64,000 nt of DNA from an uncultured Candidatus Saccharibacteria bacterium (GTDB taxonomy: Bacteria; Patescibacteriota; Minisyncoccia; Phycocordibacterales; WO2-35-19), in assembly GCA_964630525.1 (NCBI GenBank), contig CAZVUY010000005.1, positions 1,379 through 65,378 of the forward strand, written 5' to 3'. Below are positions 28,833-38,848 of this stretch, in pieces. Numbering within the stretch: position 1 is the first letter of the stretch; each line of letters begins with the position of its first letter. A program made the translations under genes and the position numbers. Below the pieces are notes generated by a model, which was given only the letters and a program-made list of their open reading frames with translations, did not search any database and was not told the DNA's origin.

Positions 28833-30011
28833 TTAAGAATTGTGCAAAGCCAATTCCTTGACTCTTTGGGAAAGCTCGCCGATTGGCACCAGCTGCTGAG
28901 CCCTAGTCGTAATATCGCGGATAACTACCGAACCTTCCAGAGCTTCCTTTTGACCGATAAGCACGATATGGCTCGCACCAGAACTTTCGGCTACACTCAT
29001 CTGGCCACCAAGCTTGTCTTTATCGAGAGCGTGCACGATCGGTACTTTAGCTTTATAAAATTCCCTCAAAACCAAAAAACTCTGCAGCTTGGCTTCAGTG
29101 CCAAATTGAATCAAATAAAATTTTGGTTTGATGAGTTTGTGTTTAGTGATTTTTGGCTTTTTGATCAATTTGAAAGACAGGTTGAGCATGACCGAGGGCA
29201 GCTCTTTTTTGAAACCGATCCTTTTTGCCAATCGATTGAAACGAAAACCAGAAGCCAAAATAGTCTCCGTGTTGTCAGAGGTATCAACGATGGCAAAAAC
29301 CGTCTCCGAGCCGACATTGAGGTCAGTGAGTAGGGTATGGTCTATGCTGTAGGCTATATTCATCACTTCTAGAAATTCAAGTATTTCTTTGAAATGAAGG
29401 CGGCTGGACTCGGACAAGAAATCAAGCGGTTTTGGACAGGCATTTTGAAAATTTTTCCACTCTTCTTTGTTGTTTTGAACAATAATTAGCGGATCTTTTT
29501 TGATCGCTTGTCGTAGTTCAGCTGGGAAAGAATTGATATTTTTCCTGATATAGAGCGTCAGATTTCTTTGGAAATCAGCCAAGGATTCCTTGTCACCAAC
29601 CGAATTTAATCTAACTTCCAAATTTTTATAACCAGCCTGCTGAAGGATCGAGATCGCCGCTTGCATCGACAAACATTCACAGACTGGTCTCATCGAACCT
29701 AGACACACGATCGAACTCTCGAGATGCAAAGGTTTTTTCCGCAGGGTGGCCTCTTTTGAACCTGGGAATGGTCTGTTGCAGTAAAGCAGGGCTGGCAGGG
29801 GAATACCATTGCTCTTTTCCTCAAAAAACATCCTAATCATCGCTGCTTTTTCAGCCGCCAAATGATCTTGATCGAAATTTTTTACCGCATCCAGGTCTTG
29901 TTTTAAAACAGAAGGTGGCAGAAATGGCTTAAAGCCATAAAACCTGGCGGTATCAGCTGCTTCAGAAAATTCTCTGAGCTCTCTTTCGTTGTAACTAAGT
30001 TTGTCGGTCAT
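28833..30011 (-). CDS. histidyl-tRNA synthetase-like protein (divergent HisS/HisZ family)
   Basis: C-terminal HGTP anticodon-binding domain (KFYLIQFGTEAK...HIVLIGQKEALEGSVVIRD). The class II catalytic motifs are only weakly recognisable. Confidence 0.55.
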   Translation of the reverse strand: MTDKLSYNERELREFSEAADTARFYGFKPFLPPSVLKQDLDAVKNFDQDHLAAEKAAMIRMFFEEKSNGIPLPALLYCNRPFPGSKEATLRKKPLHLESSIVCLGSMRPVCECLSMQAAISILQQAGYKNLEVRLNSVGDKESLADFQRNLTLYIRKNINSFPAELRQAIKKDPLIIVQNNKEEWKNFQNACPKPLDFLSESSRLHFKEILEFLEVMNIAYSIDHTLLTDLNVGSETVFAIVDTSDNTETILASGFRFNRLAKRIGFKKELPSVMLNLSFKLIKKPKITKHKLIKPKFYLIQFGTEAKLQSFLVLREFYKAKVPIVHALDKDKLGGQMSVAESSGASHIVLIGQKEALEGSVVIRDITTRAQQLVPIGELSQRVKELALHNS

Positions 30012-30014
30012 TGA

Positions 30015-30602
30015 TTATTGTTGATCGGACTGGATACCTGGCCAAAGACCTATTTTTTCAAGTGGCAAAAGCCTTAGAATCGGCTGGCCGATAATATATT
30101 TTTTGGGTAGAGTGCCCCAAACTCTAGAATCAGAGCTATTGGCTCTGTTATCACCCATCACGAAATACTCATCGTCTCTTAATTGAATAGAAAAATCATC
30201 ACCTTTTTTGTAAACAACATAAGAGTCATCGAGCACCAAACCCTGTTCTTGTTTCTCATTGAAGATCGTTACGACACCCTTTCTGATCTCAACCCGTTCA
30301 TTTGGGAAAGCGATCAATCTTTTGATGAAAAATTTGGAAGGATCTTTAGGATATCTAATAATAACCACCGATCCTCGTTCTAGCTCCTCGAAGCGCTTGC
30401 TTAGCTGATCAACGATCAGATAATCTCCATTTTGGAAAGTCGGGTCCATTGAGGAGCCGCTCACCACATAAGGTTGGGCGATGAAAATACGAAAAGGCAC
30501 CACTATCATGAGCGCTACGGCGGCATATTTTACCAATTCCCAGAAGGAAGAAGGTTCTTTTTGGTTGTTATCTTCTGTCATTTGAGGCATTATATTACAC
30601 AT
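30015..30602 (-). CDS. lepB: signal peptidase I
   Basis: SGSSMDPTF (catalytic Ser) and GDNRANSSDSRVWG boxes. Confidence 0.85.
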   Translation of the reverse strand: MCNIMPQMTEDNNQKEPSSFWELVKYAAVALMIVVPFRIFIAQPYVVSGSSMDPTFQNGDYLIVDQLSKRFEELERGSVVIIRYPKDPSKFFIKRLIAFPNERVEIRKGVVTIFNEKQEQGLVLDDSYVVYKKGDDFSIQLRDDEYFVMGDNRANSSDSRVWGTLPKKYIIGQPILRLLPLEKIGLWPGIQSDQQ

Positions 30603-30621
30603 AGCCTCTAATTCAAAATTT

Positions 30622-31224
30622 ATGTTTTATTTGGTAGGTTTGGGCAATCCAGGCGAAGAATACAAAGAGAGTCGGCACAACACCGGCCGGATGGCAATAC
30701 TGAAGCTGTTGAAAGATTTGAAGATAGAGGATTTAAAATTTGAAAAGAAGGCCAACGCTCTGATCAGCAAAAACGAGCTTGGTAAAGAAAAAGTTACCTT
30801 TGTTTTGCCAGAAACTTTCATGAACAAGTCTGGCAGCGCTATTTCTTATTTTATTAAACCAAAAACCGGCAAAAGCAAAGCAATTGAGAATCTAGTGGTG
30901 ATCTATGACGACATCGACCTACCTATCGGCACCATGAAAATTTCTTTCAACAAAGGCAGTGGGGGGCATAGGGGAGTAGAATCAATAATCAAAGCCATCA
31001 AAACAAGAGAATTCGCCCGCATCCGCATAGGTATTTCTCCTACAACTCTTTCGGGTAAAATTAAAAAGCCCGAAGGAGAAAAAAAGGTGTTAGATTTTAT
31101 ACTAGGCAATTTCAAACCAAAAGAAAGGGAGATTCTGAAAAAAGTTTTCAAGCAGGTTGCACAAGCAGTTGAAACCATGATCACTGAAAGCAGGGAAATC
31201 GCTATGAACCGCTTCAACCAATAG
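30622..31224 (+). CDS. pth: peptidyl-tRNA hydrolase
   Basis: MFYLVGLGNPGEEYKESRHNTG N-terminal signature. Confidence 0.9.
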   Translation: MFYLVGLGNPGEEYKESRHNTGRMAILKLLKDLKIEDLKFEKKANALISKNELGKEKVTFVLPETFMNKSGSAISYFIKPKTGKSKAIENLVVIYDDIDLPIGTMKISFNKGSGGHRGVESIIKAIKTREFARIRIGISPTTLSGKIKKPEGEKKVLDFILGNFKPKEREILKKVFKQVAQAVETMITESREIAMNRFNQ

Positions 31225-31275
31225 TCGCTAACTTAATTTGACAAAAAATAGGAGTTGCCCTAGTATTTACTTTGG

Positions 31276-31500
31276 ATGTGGGTCCAGGGTTGACTCGATT
31301 GGCAGTCGGGTGCTTCATGAGTTTCCCCCCTGGGAGGATCCTTCGGGATGGTCAGATAGCTGCTGCCAAGGCTGTATGACGCTTTAAACTTGGATCCACG
31401 CCCTTATGGAGAGTTGAGGAGTGGCTGTACTCTGCGGAATCGCATCGCATTGCAACGAACAGAGTACGATCATTTCTCACTCTCCGCCAAACACGCTCAC
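31276..31500 (+). ncRNA. ffs: probable signal recognition particle RNA (SRP RNA)
   Basis: TGCTGCCAAGGCTGTATGACGC closely resembles E. coli 4.5S AGCAGCCAAGGCAGAUGACGC. A UUCG-capped helix lies just upstream. Promoter TTGACA-17-TAGTAT at 31240-31268; a hairpin plus T7 terminator follows. Confidence 0.55.
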
Positions 31501-31524
31501 AACGTGTTTTTTTGTTATTGAAAA
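31501..31524 (+). terminator. rho-independent terminator
   Basis: ACACGCTCACAACGTGT followed by TTTTTTT. A second hairpin (AAAGGGG..CCCCCTTT) serves the minus-strand rpsA. Confidence 0.6.
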
Positions 31525-31565
31525 AGGGGAGTGAATCCCCCCTTTCCTTTTATTATTTTTGAAGA

Positions 31566-32657
31566 TTATTTCTCGATAAAAGACAGGGCCATTTTTTGCT
31601 CCTTAGGATCAAAGATATTGATCTTGAAGTTGTAGGTTTTGCCAAGTTCGAGCTTTTCGCGCAACTTCTCTTCTGAGCCAAATTCGGAGACATGCACTAG
31701 TCCAGCTACCCCTTCTTCGATCGAAGCGAGCGCACCGTGTTTGTTGAATTTGATGATCACCCCACTCACTACATCATCCTTTTTATATTTTTTCTTGGCT
31801 TCGCTCCATGGGTTTTCTTTGAGTGCTTTCATTGAGAGGGAGATCTTGCCATCTTTGACTTCGATCACCTTCACCTTCACCTTTTCGCCGACTTTGGCAA
31901 ATTTGTGTGGATCATCCACTAGACCCCAATCAATCTCTGAAATATGGACCAAGCCTTCCAAACCATCCTCGATCTTAACAAAAATACCGAAATCCACTAT
32001 TCCAGTGACTTCACCATCAAGCTCATCACCGAGTGCATAATGATCCATGATTTTCTCTTTCTCGTTGCTGCTCGGGTCTTTTTCAGAAAAGATTAACTTA
32101 CCCTCTTTGGCATTTACACCAATGATGGAAACCGAGAGTTTAGTACCAACCAACTTTCGCAATTCTTCTAGGATCTTGTCTTTGTCACCATCGGCAATTC
32201 TTGGATAATGTTCTGTCTTGAGCTGAGAGGCTGGCAAGAAGCCGGTGATGCCTTGCCAAACCATCATCAAACCTCCCTTATTAGCTTCAGTAACAGCGAG
32301 TTCAAATACCTTCTTATCTCTGATGGCCTCTTCGGCATCATTCCAGATCAAGGCCTGCTTAGCTTCTTTGAGAGAAATTTCAATATAATTCTCTTTGTTG
32401 TCACTACCTATAACCTTGCCAGTGATCTTGTCACCAACATTTATTTTCTTTATCAAATCTCTGGCGTTGATATACTCTCGCCCGAAAATCACCCCGGTAC
32501 CCCAAGGTGGCAAGTCGACAAAAACAGCATTTTTACCGATAGTAATAACAACACCCTCGACAATAGAATCTTTCGCTGGTGGCAAAACCGACTGATCGAC
32601 GAATTTGACCATCGAATGTTCTTTTTCTAATTCCTTTTCTTTAGTTTGCTTTGGCAT
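31566..32657 (-). CDS. rpsA: 30S ribosomal protein S1 (short, four S1 domains)
   Basis: Repeated S1 domains (GEVTGIVDFGIFVKI.., GVIIKFNKHGALASIE.., etc.). Start placed at MPKQTK. Confidence 0.85.
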   Translation of the reverse strand: MPKQTKEKELEKEHSMVKFVDQSVLPPAKDSIVEGVVITIGKNAVFVDLPPWGTGVIFGREYINARDLIKKINVGDKITGKVIGSDNKENYIEISLKEAKQALIWNDAEEAIRDKKVFELAVTEANKGGLMMVWQGITGFLPASQLKTEHYPRIADGDKDKILEELRKLVGTKLSVSIIGVNAKEGKLIFSEKDPSSNEKEKIMDHYALGDELDGEVTGIVDFGIFVKIEDGLEGLVHISEIDWGLVDDPHKFAKVGEKVKVKVIEVKDGKISLSMKALKENPWSEAKKKYKKDDVVSGVIIKFNKHGALASIEEGVAGLVHVSEFGSEEKLREKLELGKTYNFKINIFDPKEQKMALSFIEK

Positions 32658-32814
32658 AAAAACAAAAAACCGCAAGCTTTTTCGCGTCACAGCATCGATC
32701 GGTCTTTGCGAAAGGTTAGGCTCTTGGAGCTAATAATGCTTGAAGTTTCCCTCAAGCCAGCTTATAATACTATAGAGTAGAGAAAAAGCAAATTATTCTT
32801 AACCATTTGTTTTT

Positions 32815-33495
32815 ATGAAAAATTCTTATCTGATCGCTGGTTTGGTAGTCCTTGTCGCTATCTTGGGATTAATCCTATCCAGCAAAAAAACAGAGGCTCC
32901 GCTTGAAAATACTTTGGAAAAAGAGAGTGATGTTCCTGTTTTAGCTGGCCCAATCACTGATGGTGCTTACAAACTCGACACTGAGGCGAGCATTCTTTAC
33001 TGGGAAGGAGAGTACCTGACTGGTTTGTCAGAAAAAGGTACCGTTAACCTAAAATCAGGTGAAATCACGGTCGCTCAAGGCTTGATATCTGGTGGTGAGT
33101 TTGTGATCGATATGAACACGATAGACAGTAACCCTCGCAAAGATAGGCTAGTAACACACCTCAAATCAGATGATTTTTTTGGTGTTGAGAATCACCCGAC
33201 CGCTACCTTTACTCTTAAGAGCATGGCGGCCACCAGCGAGATTGGCGCAAAAGAGGGTCGTTATGTGATAGCTGGAGACCTCACAGTCAGAGGTATTACA
33301 AAGCCAATTTCTTTTACAGCTAACCTAAAACCAGAAGGTGACACCCTTTCTGGTACCGCCTCTTTCGCCATCAACCGAGCTGATTGGGAAATAAAATATA
33401 ATTCACCGACCTTTTTCAAAGATCTCGGCGACAAAATCATTAGAGACGCAATAACGATAGGCCTTGACTTAAAAGCCGAAAGGGTGATACAATAG
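32815..33495 (+). CDS. YceI-family polyisoprenoid-binding protein, membrane-anchored
   Basis: N-terminal TM segment plus the YceI-like beta-barrel pattern (HLKSDDFFGVENHPTATF...GDLTVRGITKPISF). Confidence 0.75.
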   Translation: MKNSYLIAGLVVLVAILGLILSSKKTEAPLENTLEKESDVPVLAGPITDGAYKLDTEASILYWEGEYLTGLSEKGTVNLKSGEITVAQGLISGGEFVIDMNTIDSNPRKDRLVTHLKSDDFFGVENHPTATFTLKSMAATSEIGAKEGRYVIAGDLTVRGITKPISFTANLKPEGDTLSGTASFAINRADWEIKYNSPTFFKDLGDKIIRDAITIGLDLKAERVIQ

Positions 33496-33607
33496 GGAGG
33501 TAAGCGAATTTCTCTTAGTTTAGTTTGTTTTGCGAAACTCGAAGTTTAGCGAAACAATCAAGCTGGAAGCGCTTGGTCGTTTTAGTCGCTAAATAGAAAA
33601 GTACACA

Positions 33608-33886
33608 ATGAAGAAGCTTTTTGTGGGCAATTTGCCCTACAAAACCACCGATGCCGACCTTAAAGACATGTTCTCTAAGGCTGGTGACGTAGCTGAAGCT
33701 GTCATCATCATGGACCGAGAACGCGGCCTTTCTAAGGGCTTCGGTTTCGTCACCTTCAATGATGACTCTCAGGCTGACGCCGCCGTGGATATGTGGAATG
33801 GCAAGGAACTCGAAGGTAGGGCTCTCACCGTAAATGAGGCTCGCCCAAAAGAAGAGAGGCCTAGCCGAGACAATTACAGACGATAA
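33608..33886 (+). CDS. RRM-domain RNA-binding protein
   Basis: RNP2 LFVGNL and RNP1 KGFGFVTF. Confidence 0.85.
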   Translation: MKKLFVGNLPYKTTDADLKDMFSKAGDVAEAVIIMDRERGLSKGFGFVTFNDDSQADAAVDMWNGKELEGRALTVNEARPKEERPSRDNYRR

Positions 33887-33949
33887 TATCTTCTGAAATT
33901 ATTCACAAAAGACCACCCATTTGGGTGGTCTTTTGTTATAATTGGGATA

Positions 33950-34399
33950 ATGAGATTTTTACTTTTTATTTTAATAATAGTTCTTATATTCGCTCTATTG
34001 ATTCGCGGCAACGCTTTCGAAGATAAAGAAGGAGTAAGTACCCTAACCATTGGCCCCACCACGATTCAGGTAGAGGTGGCCGATATCGATGAGGAGCGTA
34101 CGCTTGGGTTATCCGGCAGGGAATCTCTAGCAGAAAATACTGGTCTTTTGTTTGTTTTTGAAACGGAAGGGTATCATGGCATCTGGATGAAAGATATGAA
34201 TTTCCCGATCGATATCGCTTGGTTGGATAAAAACAAAAAGATCATCCACATCGAACACAATGTTGCGCCAGACACTTATCCGAAAGTTTTCAATCCGCCC
34301 ACCCCTTCTTTGTATGTCCTCGAAACCAACGCTGGGGTTTTTAATTCTCATCAAATCAACCTCGGTACAGAAATTGAATTTGAGATTGACAATTTATAA
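33950..34399 (+). CDS. DUF192 domain protein
   Basis: N-terminal TM segment plus the DUF192 pattern (GLSGRESLAENTGLLFVFE...MKDMNFPIDIAWLD). Confidence 0.65.
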   Translation: MRFLLFILIIVLIFALLIRGNAFEDKEGVSTLTIGPTTIQVEVADIDEERTLGLSGRESLAENTGLLFVFETEGYHGIWMKDMNFPIDIAWLDKNKKIIHIEHNVAPDTYPKVFNPPTPSLYVLETNAGVFNSHQINLGTEIEFEIDNL

Positions 34400-34430
34400 A
34401 ACTTATGTAGTTTTAGGAGCAGGAGGTACT

Positions 34431-35864
34431 TTGTTAAACAAAAACGAAGAAAAGATCTACGTCTTGGCAGGGATAGTTTTCCTGCTGTTGGCGTGTAACG
34501 TGATCCGGACGGTGCCGGATACAATCGAAGACGTTTCGACTTACCCAGACATGGATTACTCGGCCATCATAGCCGAGTATAAAGCTCTCCACGTTGAGGT
34601 CCAAAAACCTCTTGCAAGTGGAGACGCCTATTACGACTTCCATGAACGGCTTGGTCGCCTCGAAAAAGGCATCAAGAAGTATCACCGGAGTAACCCGCGT
34701 ATCATGGATCCGAGAATCCGAGATGCGGGAGTCTTGGGTTCAGAGCTTAGCAATATCCGTGAGGATCATATCAAGCGTGGTGGAGGAATTGATTGGAACG
34801 AAATCCAGCAAGCACTCAAAAGGTTTGATCAGAAACCAAAGGACCCAATCCGATTTGAAGATAATAGCGCCAAGGTTCATAAATTTTTAGAAGCGCTTCT
34901 CTTCTTCCAATTCGGATTTACCCCTTTTATCCTTTTGGTCTACGCGATCAGGGTCAAAAACATGGGGGGTTCTGTGCTATTTGAAGCATTGAGTAATCCG
35001 TGGTTCCCAATCTACCTGTTCGTGTGGGAGATTGGGATCTTCAAGTACAATGCGACCGGCTTGCGGACTCAAATCCGCATGATGGTACGCTACGCTTCGC
35101 TAACTCTTTCGGCCGTTCTTTCCTTTGGAGCGACAACGCTCAAAGCACAAACCAAAAATGAGAAAGACGATACAGGTGGAAACAACGGTCACACCCTCAT
35201 CATCTCCGGCTCGACTCACTATTTGAGCAAGTACTTGGGACTGGATGGAGCAATTTTTCACCCAGAATCGGTACTCCAATCTTCGACCACCATCGCTCAC
35301 AAGAGCGGTCTTTACGGTAATTTTTGGAAATCGGTAGCTCTCACCGATATTCGAATCAACCCAAACTTTGGCCGAGAAGAAGACTACACTCTCGGCTACA
35401 ATCGAAAACTTTTTGGAAGGGGATTTGACACCAGTATCACCTGGTTCAATGTAACCCCGCTAAGAAAGTTGCCGAGGGGAGACTTGATCCAAATTTCGCT
35501 GATGATCTCTGATCTGACAGCGAAGTTGCCGGTTTCCACCTATCTATGGGTGCGTACCGTCGAACCCATCAAGGATGGCAAACCACTAGGTGGTTGGTTT
35601 GCGCACTTCGGAGTAAATAAGGGCGTGAAGCTCAACAGGAAGATTGAGCTGGCCCTAAACGCGGAGGCAGTGAGAGACAGTGGAGCTTTCGGCTTCAAGA
35701 AGGCTGGCATCTTCCGCTCCTCGGTCACTCTTCGAGTGCCATGGAAAAAAGTTGTATTTGATCTACCGACTTTTCGGATGAGTAGCCAATTTACCCATCC
35801 AGGAGACGGTCGAAAATTTGAGCAAGTACTCGGTGTAGGTATGACATTTTCGATTGCGCGATAG
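34431..35864 (+). CDS. hypothetical lipoprotein
   Basis: TTG start 4 nt after AGGAGG. Signal peptide with lipobox LLLAC. The upstream part of the track ORF overlaps the DUF192 gene and is rejected. C-terminal half is beta-rich. Confidence 0.5.
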   Translation: MLNKNEEKIYVLAGIVFLLLACNVIRTVPDTIEDVSTYPDMDYSAIIAEYKALHVEVQKPLASGDAYYDFHERLGRLEKGIKKYHRSNPRIMDPRIRDAGVLGSELSNIREDHIKRGGGIDWNEIQQALKRFDQKPKDPIRFEDNSAKVHKFLEALLFFQFGFTPFILLVYAIRVKNMGGSVLFEALSNPWFPIYLFVWEIGIFKYNATGLRTQIRMMVRYASLTLSAVLSFGATTLKAQTKNEKDDTGGNNGHTLIISGSTHYLSKYLGLDGAIFHPESVLQSSTTIAHKSGLYGNFWKSVALTDIRINPNFGREEDYTLGYNRKLFGRGFDTSITWFNVTPLRKLPRGDLIQISLMISDLTAKLPVSTYLWVRTVEPIKDGKPLGGWFAHFGVNKGVKLNRKIELALNAEAVRDSGAFGFKKAGIFRSSVTLRVPWKKVVFDLPTFRMSSQFTHPGDGRKFEQVLGVGMTFSIAR

Positions 35865-36193
35865 TGTCGCGCAACGCGGGGCGAGGTTGCAAGATCTCGC
35901 CCTGTTTTTATTAAATGAAAACTCTTTTCCACCTCATTTTGATTTGTAAATCTTATTTTTGAAAAAAATATTTTGATAAAAATAAATTCTTTTTTAGTAT
36001 TTCAAACAAAAGGTTATTAGACCATGCGTTTTACATAAAAGTTTTTTTATTTTGAAGTAGATTTTTTGGTCTACTTTTTTGATTATCCACAGGGCACCGC
36101 TTTGTTAAAAATTGTAAAATATTGAGGTTGATTTGAAAAAAATCTCAAAAATTTAGCAAAAAATTATAAAAATAATTAATTTTATTTAAAAAT

Positions 36194-38548
36194 ATGGCGA
36201 AAACAATCAAAAAATCAGCGAAAAAGTCGGCGATGGAAGATTTCATCAAGAAAGTGCAAAAAAGAGACGGCTCCATTGTCCCGTTTGATTTTGAAAGGAT
36301 TGTTACCGCCATCAACAAAGCCATGGTCGCCTCAAGCGAAGGTTCTGAAGCTGAGGCGCGGATGGTAGCTCACAAAGTACTCGCTGATTTGGTGCGCATC
36401 AGCAAGAAGTTCAAAAACTTTATGCCCAATGTCGAGGGTATCCAAGATAGCGTAGAGAAAGAGTTGATCCTCTCCGAATACGTCAACACCGCCAAAAACT
36501 ACATTATTTATCGCCAGAAACGCTCAGAGCTCCGAGTGAAAGGTATCCGAGTACCAGAAAAAGTCCAAAAATTGGCCGCTGAAAGCAAAAAGTATTTCAA
36601 AAATGCCTTGGGTGAATTTATTTATTACCGTACTTACTCAAAATGGATCCCGGAAGAGAGTCGCCGCGAGACCTGGATCGAAACTGTCGACCGCTATGTC
36701 AGCTTTATGAAAGAAAACCTAGGTAACAAGCTCAAAGAAGAAGAGTACGCGGAAGTCCGCGAAGCGATCCTCAAACAAGAGGCGATGCCTTCGATGCGGC
36801 TTTTGCAATTTGCCGGCAAAGCGGCGCGTGCTACCAATGTGGCTGCCTACAACTGTTCCTATGTTGCTCCTTCTTGTTTCCAAGATTTTGCCGAGATTAT
36901 GTACATTTCGATGTGTGGCACCGGCGCTGGTTGGTCAGTAGAGAGTGAAAATATTGAGAAGCTGCCTCAGATCAACAAACAACTTGGCGGCAAACCGATC
37001 AAACATGTTGTTCCTGACAGCAAAGAAGGTTGGGCTGACGCTCTCGCTCTTGGTATGAAGACTTGGGCTGAAGGCAAGGATGTCGAGTTTGATTTTTCAT
37101 TGCTTCGACCGGCCGGCGCTCGCTTGGCGACCATGGGCGGCAAATCAAGTGGTCCTGAACCGTTGCGCCAGGTACTCGCTTTCACCAGAGGGAAAATGCT
37201 GGCCAGACAAGGCAAGAGGCTTCGCACCATCGACGCTCACGACATTATCTGCAAAATAGGCGAGTGCGTGGTCGCTGGTGGTGTCCGCCGCAGCGCCATG
37301 ATCTCCCTCTCCGACCTCGAGGATGAAGCGATCCGCGACGCCAAGAAAGGCCAGTTTTGGAATACCGATCCGCAACGCATGCTCGCCAACAATAGCGCTG
37401 TTTACAATGATAAGCCGAGCAATGAGCAGTTTCTCGATGAATGGATCGCCCTCATCAAGTCCGGTGCTGGCGAGAGAGGTATTTTCAATCGCGGCGGTCT
37501 CACTCAAACTTTGCCAAAAAGAAGATTGGAAGTTTTCAAAGAAATGGGTGTGATCTCCGAAGAGGGCCGTTTCCTCAAACCGGTCGGCACCAACCCTTGC
37601 GGTGAGATCATTCTCCAATCAAAACAATTCTGCAACCTCTCCGAAGTAGTAGCGAGAAGCAATGACACCTTGGAAAGTTTAAAGAGGAAGGTGCGCGTCG
37701 CCACCATTCTCGGTACTTACCAAGCCACTCTGACCAAGTTCCCGTATCTTTCTAAAGAATGGAAGGAAAATTGCGATCGAGAAAGATTGCTTGGGGTCTC
37801 GATCACTGGCCAGTGGGATTCGCCTACAGTCCGCAAGCCAGAAGTAATGAAAGAATTGAAAGAAGAGGCCATCAAGGTCAATCGCCAATTTGCCAAAAGA
37901 TTCGGTATCAACGAATCAACCTGCATCACCTGTACCAAACCATCCGGCAACCTCTCTCAAACTGTCGACTCTTCCTCTGGTGTGCACCCCAGACATTCAG
38001 CTTATTATATCCGTCGAGTGCGCATCGCTGCCACTGACTCACTTTTCAAAATGATGCGCGACCAAGGTGTACCTTTCAATCCAGAAGTAGGGCAGACGAT
38101 GGAAAATGCCACCACCTTCGTGATCGACTTCCCAGTCAAATCTCCCAAATCTTCTGTCTTCAAGAATGATCAGACGGCGATCGAACAGCTCGAGTATTGG
38201 AAAGTGGTCAAAGAGAACTTTACTGAGCACAACCCTTCGACCACCATCTCAGTGGGAGAAAACGAATGGATCGAAGTGGCCAGTTGGCTCTACAAAAATT
38301 GGGAAATCATTGGCGGCCTCTCCTTCCTACCGCGCGATAACCACGTCTACCAGCTCGCTCCTTATGAAGAAGTGGATGAGAAAAAATACAACGAAGTCAG
38401 CAAGCGTTTGGCCCATATCGACTTCGCCAAGATCGTGACCTACGAAGGGACTGACGAGATCGACTCCAAACAAGAACTCGCTTGTGCTTCCGGTGTCTGT
38501 TCGATCGATGACATCGTCACCACCGCCGCTACTGAAGTAAAGGCGTAG
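36194..38548 (+). CDS. nrdJ: adenosylcobalamin-dependent (class II) ribonucleotide reductase with N-terminal ATP-cone
   Basis: ATP-cone (VQKRDGSIVPFDFERI), active-site NPCGEI, and a C-terminal CASGVC thiol pair. Confidence 0.85.
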   Translation: MAKTIKKSAKKSAMEDFIKKVQKRDGSIVPFDFERIVTAINKAMVASSEGSEAEARMVAHKVLADLVRISKKFKNFMPNVEGIQDSVEKELILSEYVNTAKNYIIYRQKRSELRVKGIRVPEKVQKLAAESKKYFKNALGEFIYYRTYSKWIPEESRRETWIETVDRYVSFMKENLGNKLKEEEYAEVREAILKQEAMPSMRLLQFAGKAARATNVAAYNCSYVAPSCFQDFAEIMYISMCGTGAGWSVESENIEKLPQINKQLGGKPIKHVVPDSKEGWADALALGMKTWAEGKDVEFDFSLLRPAGARLATMGGKSSGPEPLRQVLAFTRGKMLARQGKRLRTIDAHDIICKIGECVVAGGVRRSAMISLSDLEDEAIRDAKKGQFWNTDPQRMLANNSAVYNDKPSNEQFLDEWIALIKSGAGERGIFNRGGLTQTLPKRRLEVFKEMGVISEEGRFLKPVGTNPCGEIILQSKQFCNLSEVVARSNDTLESLKRKVRVATILGTYQATLTKFPYLSKEWKENCDRERLLGVSITGQWDSPTVRKPEVMKELKEEAIKVNRQFAKRFGINESTCITCTKPSGNLSQTVDSSSGVHPRHSAYYIRRVRIAATDSLFKMMRDQGVPFNPEVGQTMENATTFVIDFPVKSPKSSVFKNDQTAIEQLEYWKVVKENFTEHNPSTTISVGENEWIEVASWLYKNWEIIGGLSFLPRDNHVYQLAPYEEVDEKKYNEVSKRLAHIDFAKIVTYEGTDEIDSKQELACASGVCSIDDIVTTAATEVKA

Positions 38549-38848
38549 AACTTGCGGGAATTTTGGATTTATTTATAATTCAAAGTAGATTGACCCGTCT
38601 TCCTCCGAGGGCGGGGTGGTGGCCAGCCTCAGATGACCCATGGCCGCCTTCACCTCCATCCCAGTGGCCGATCGCAAGATCGGCCACTTCCTGTTTTACT
38701 CTTTATTTTAAATATGCTACATTGGTTCTGGCAAACTCGTGGTTTGCCACTCCGACGAGAGATGGCGGTGGGTTCTTAGGACTCACCGCCATTATTATTT
38801 TGATACTGTATTTTTATACCTTCTTTATAGTTGTAAGTTATAGTTGAG

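Noticed and set aside
31330-31380. tmRNA-like tag reading frame (GCT GCT GCC AAG GCT GTA TGA = AAAKAV*) inside the pth-rpsA spacer
   Set aside because: The same stretch matches SRP RNA domain IV much better, and the region lacks a tRNA-like domain. It was called SRP RNA instead.
34260-34430. The first 57 codons of the 534-aa ORF
   Set aside because: They overlap the 3' end of the DUF192 gene in another frame. A TTG start with AGGAGG at 34431 gives a proper lipoprotein signal peptide.
35866-36193. Possible cobalamin riboswitch or NrdR box upstream of nrdJ
   Set aside because: No B12-box (GCCACTG-type) or recognisable NrdR palindromes were found. Only a terminator hairpin for the upstream gene (GGGCGAG..CTCGCCC plus T-run) and AT-rich promoter DNA are present.
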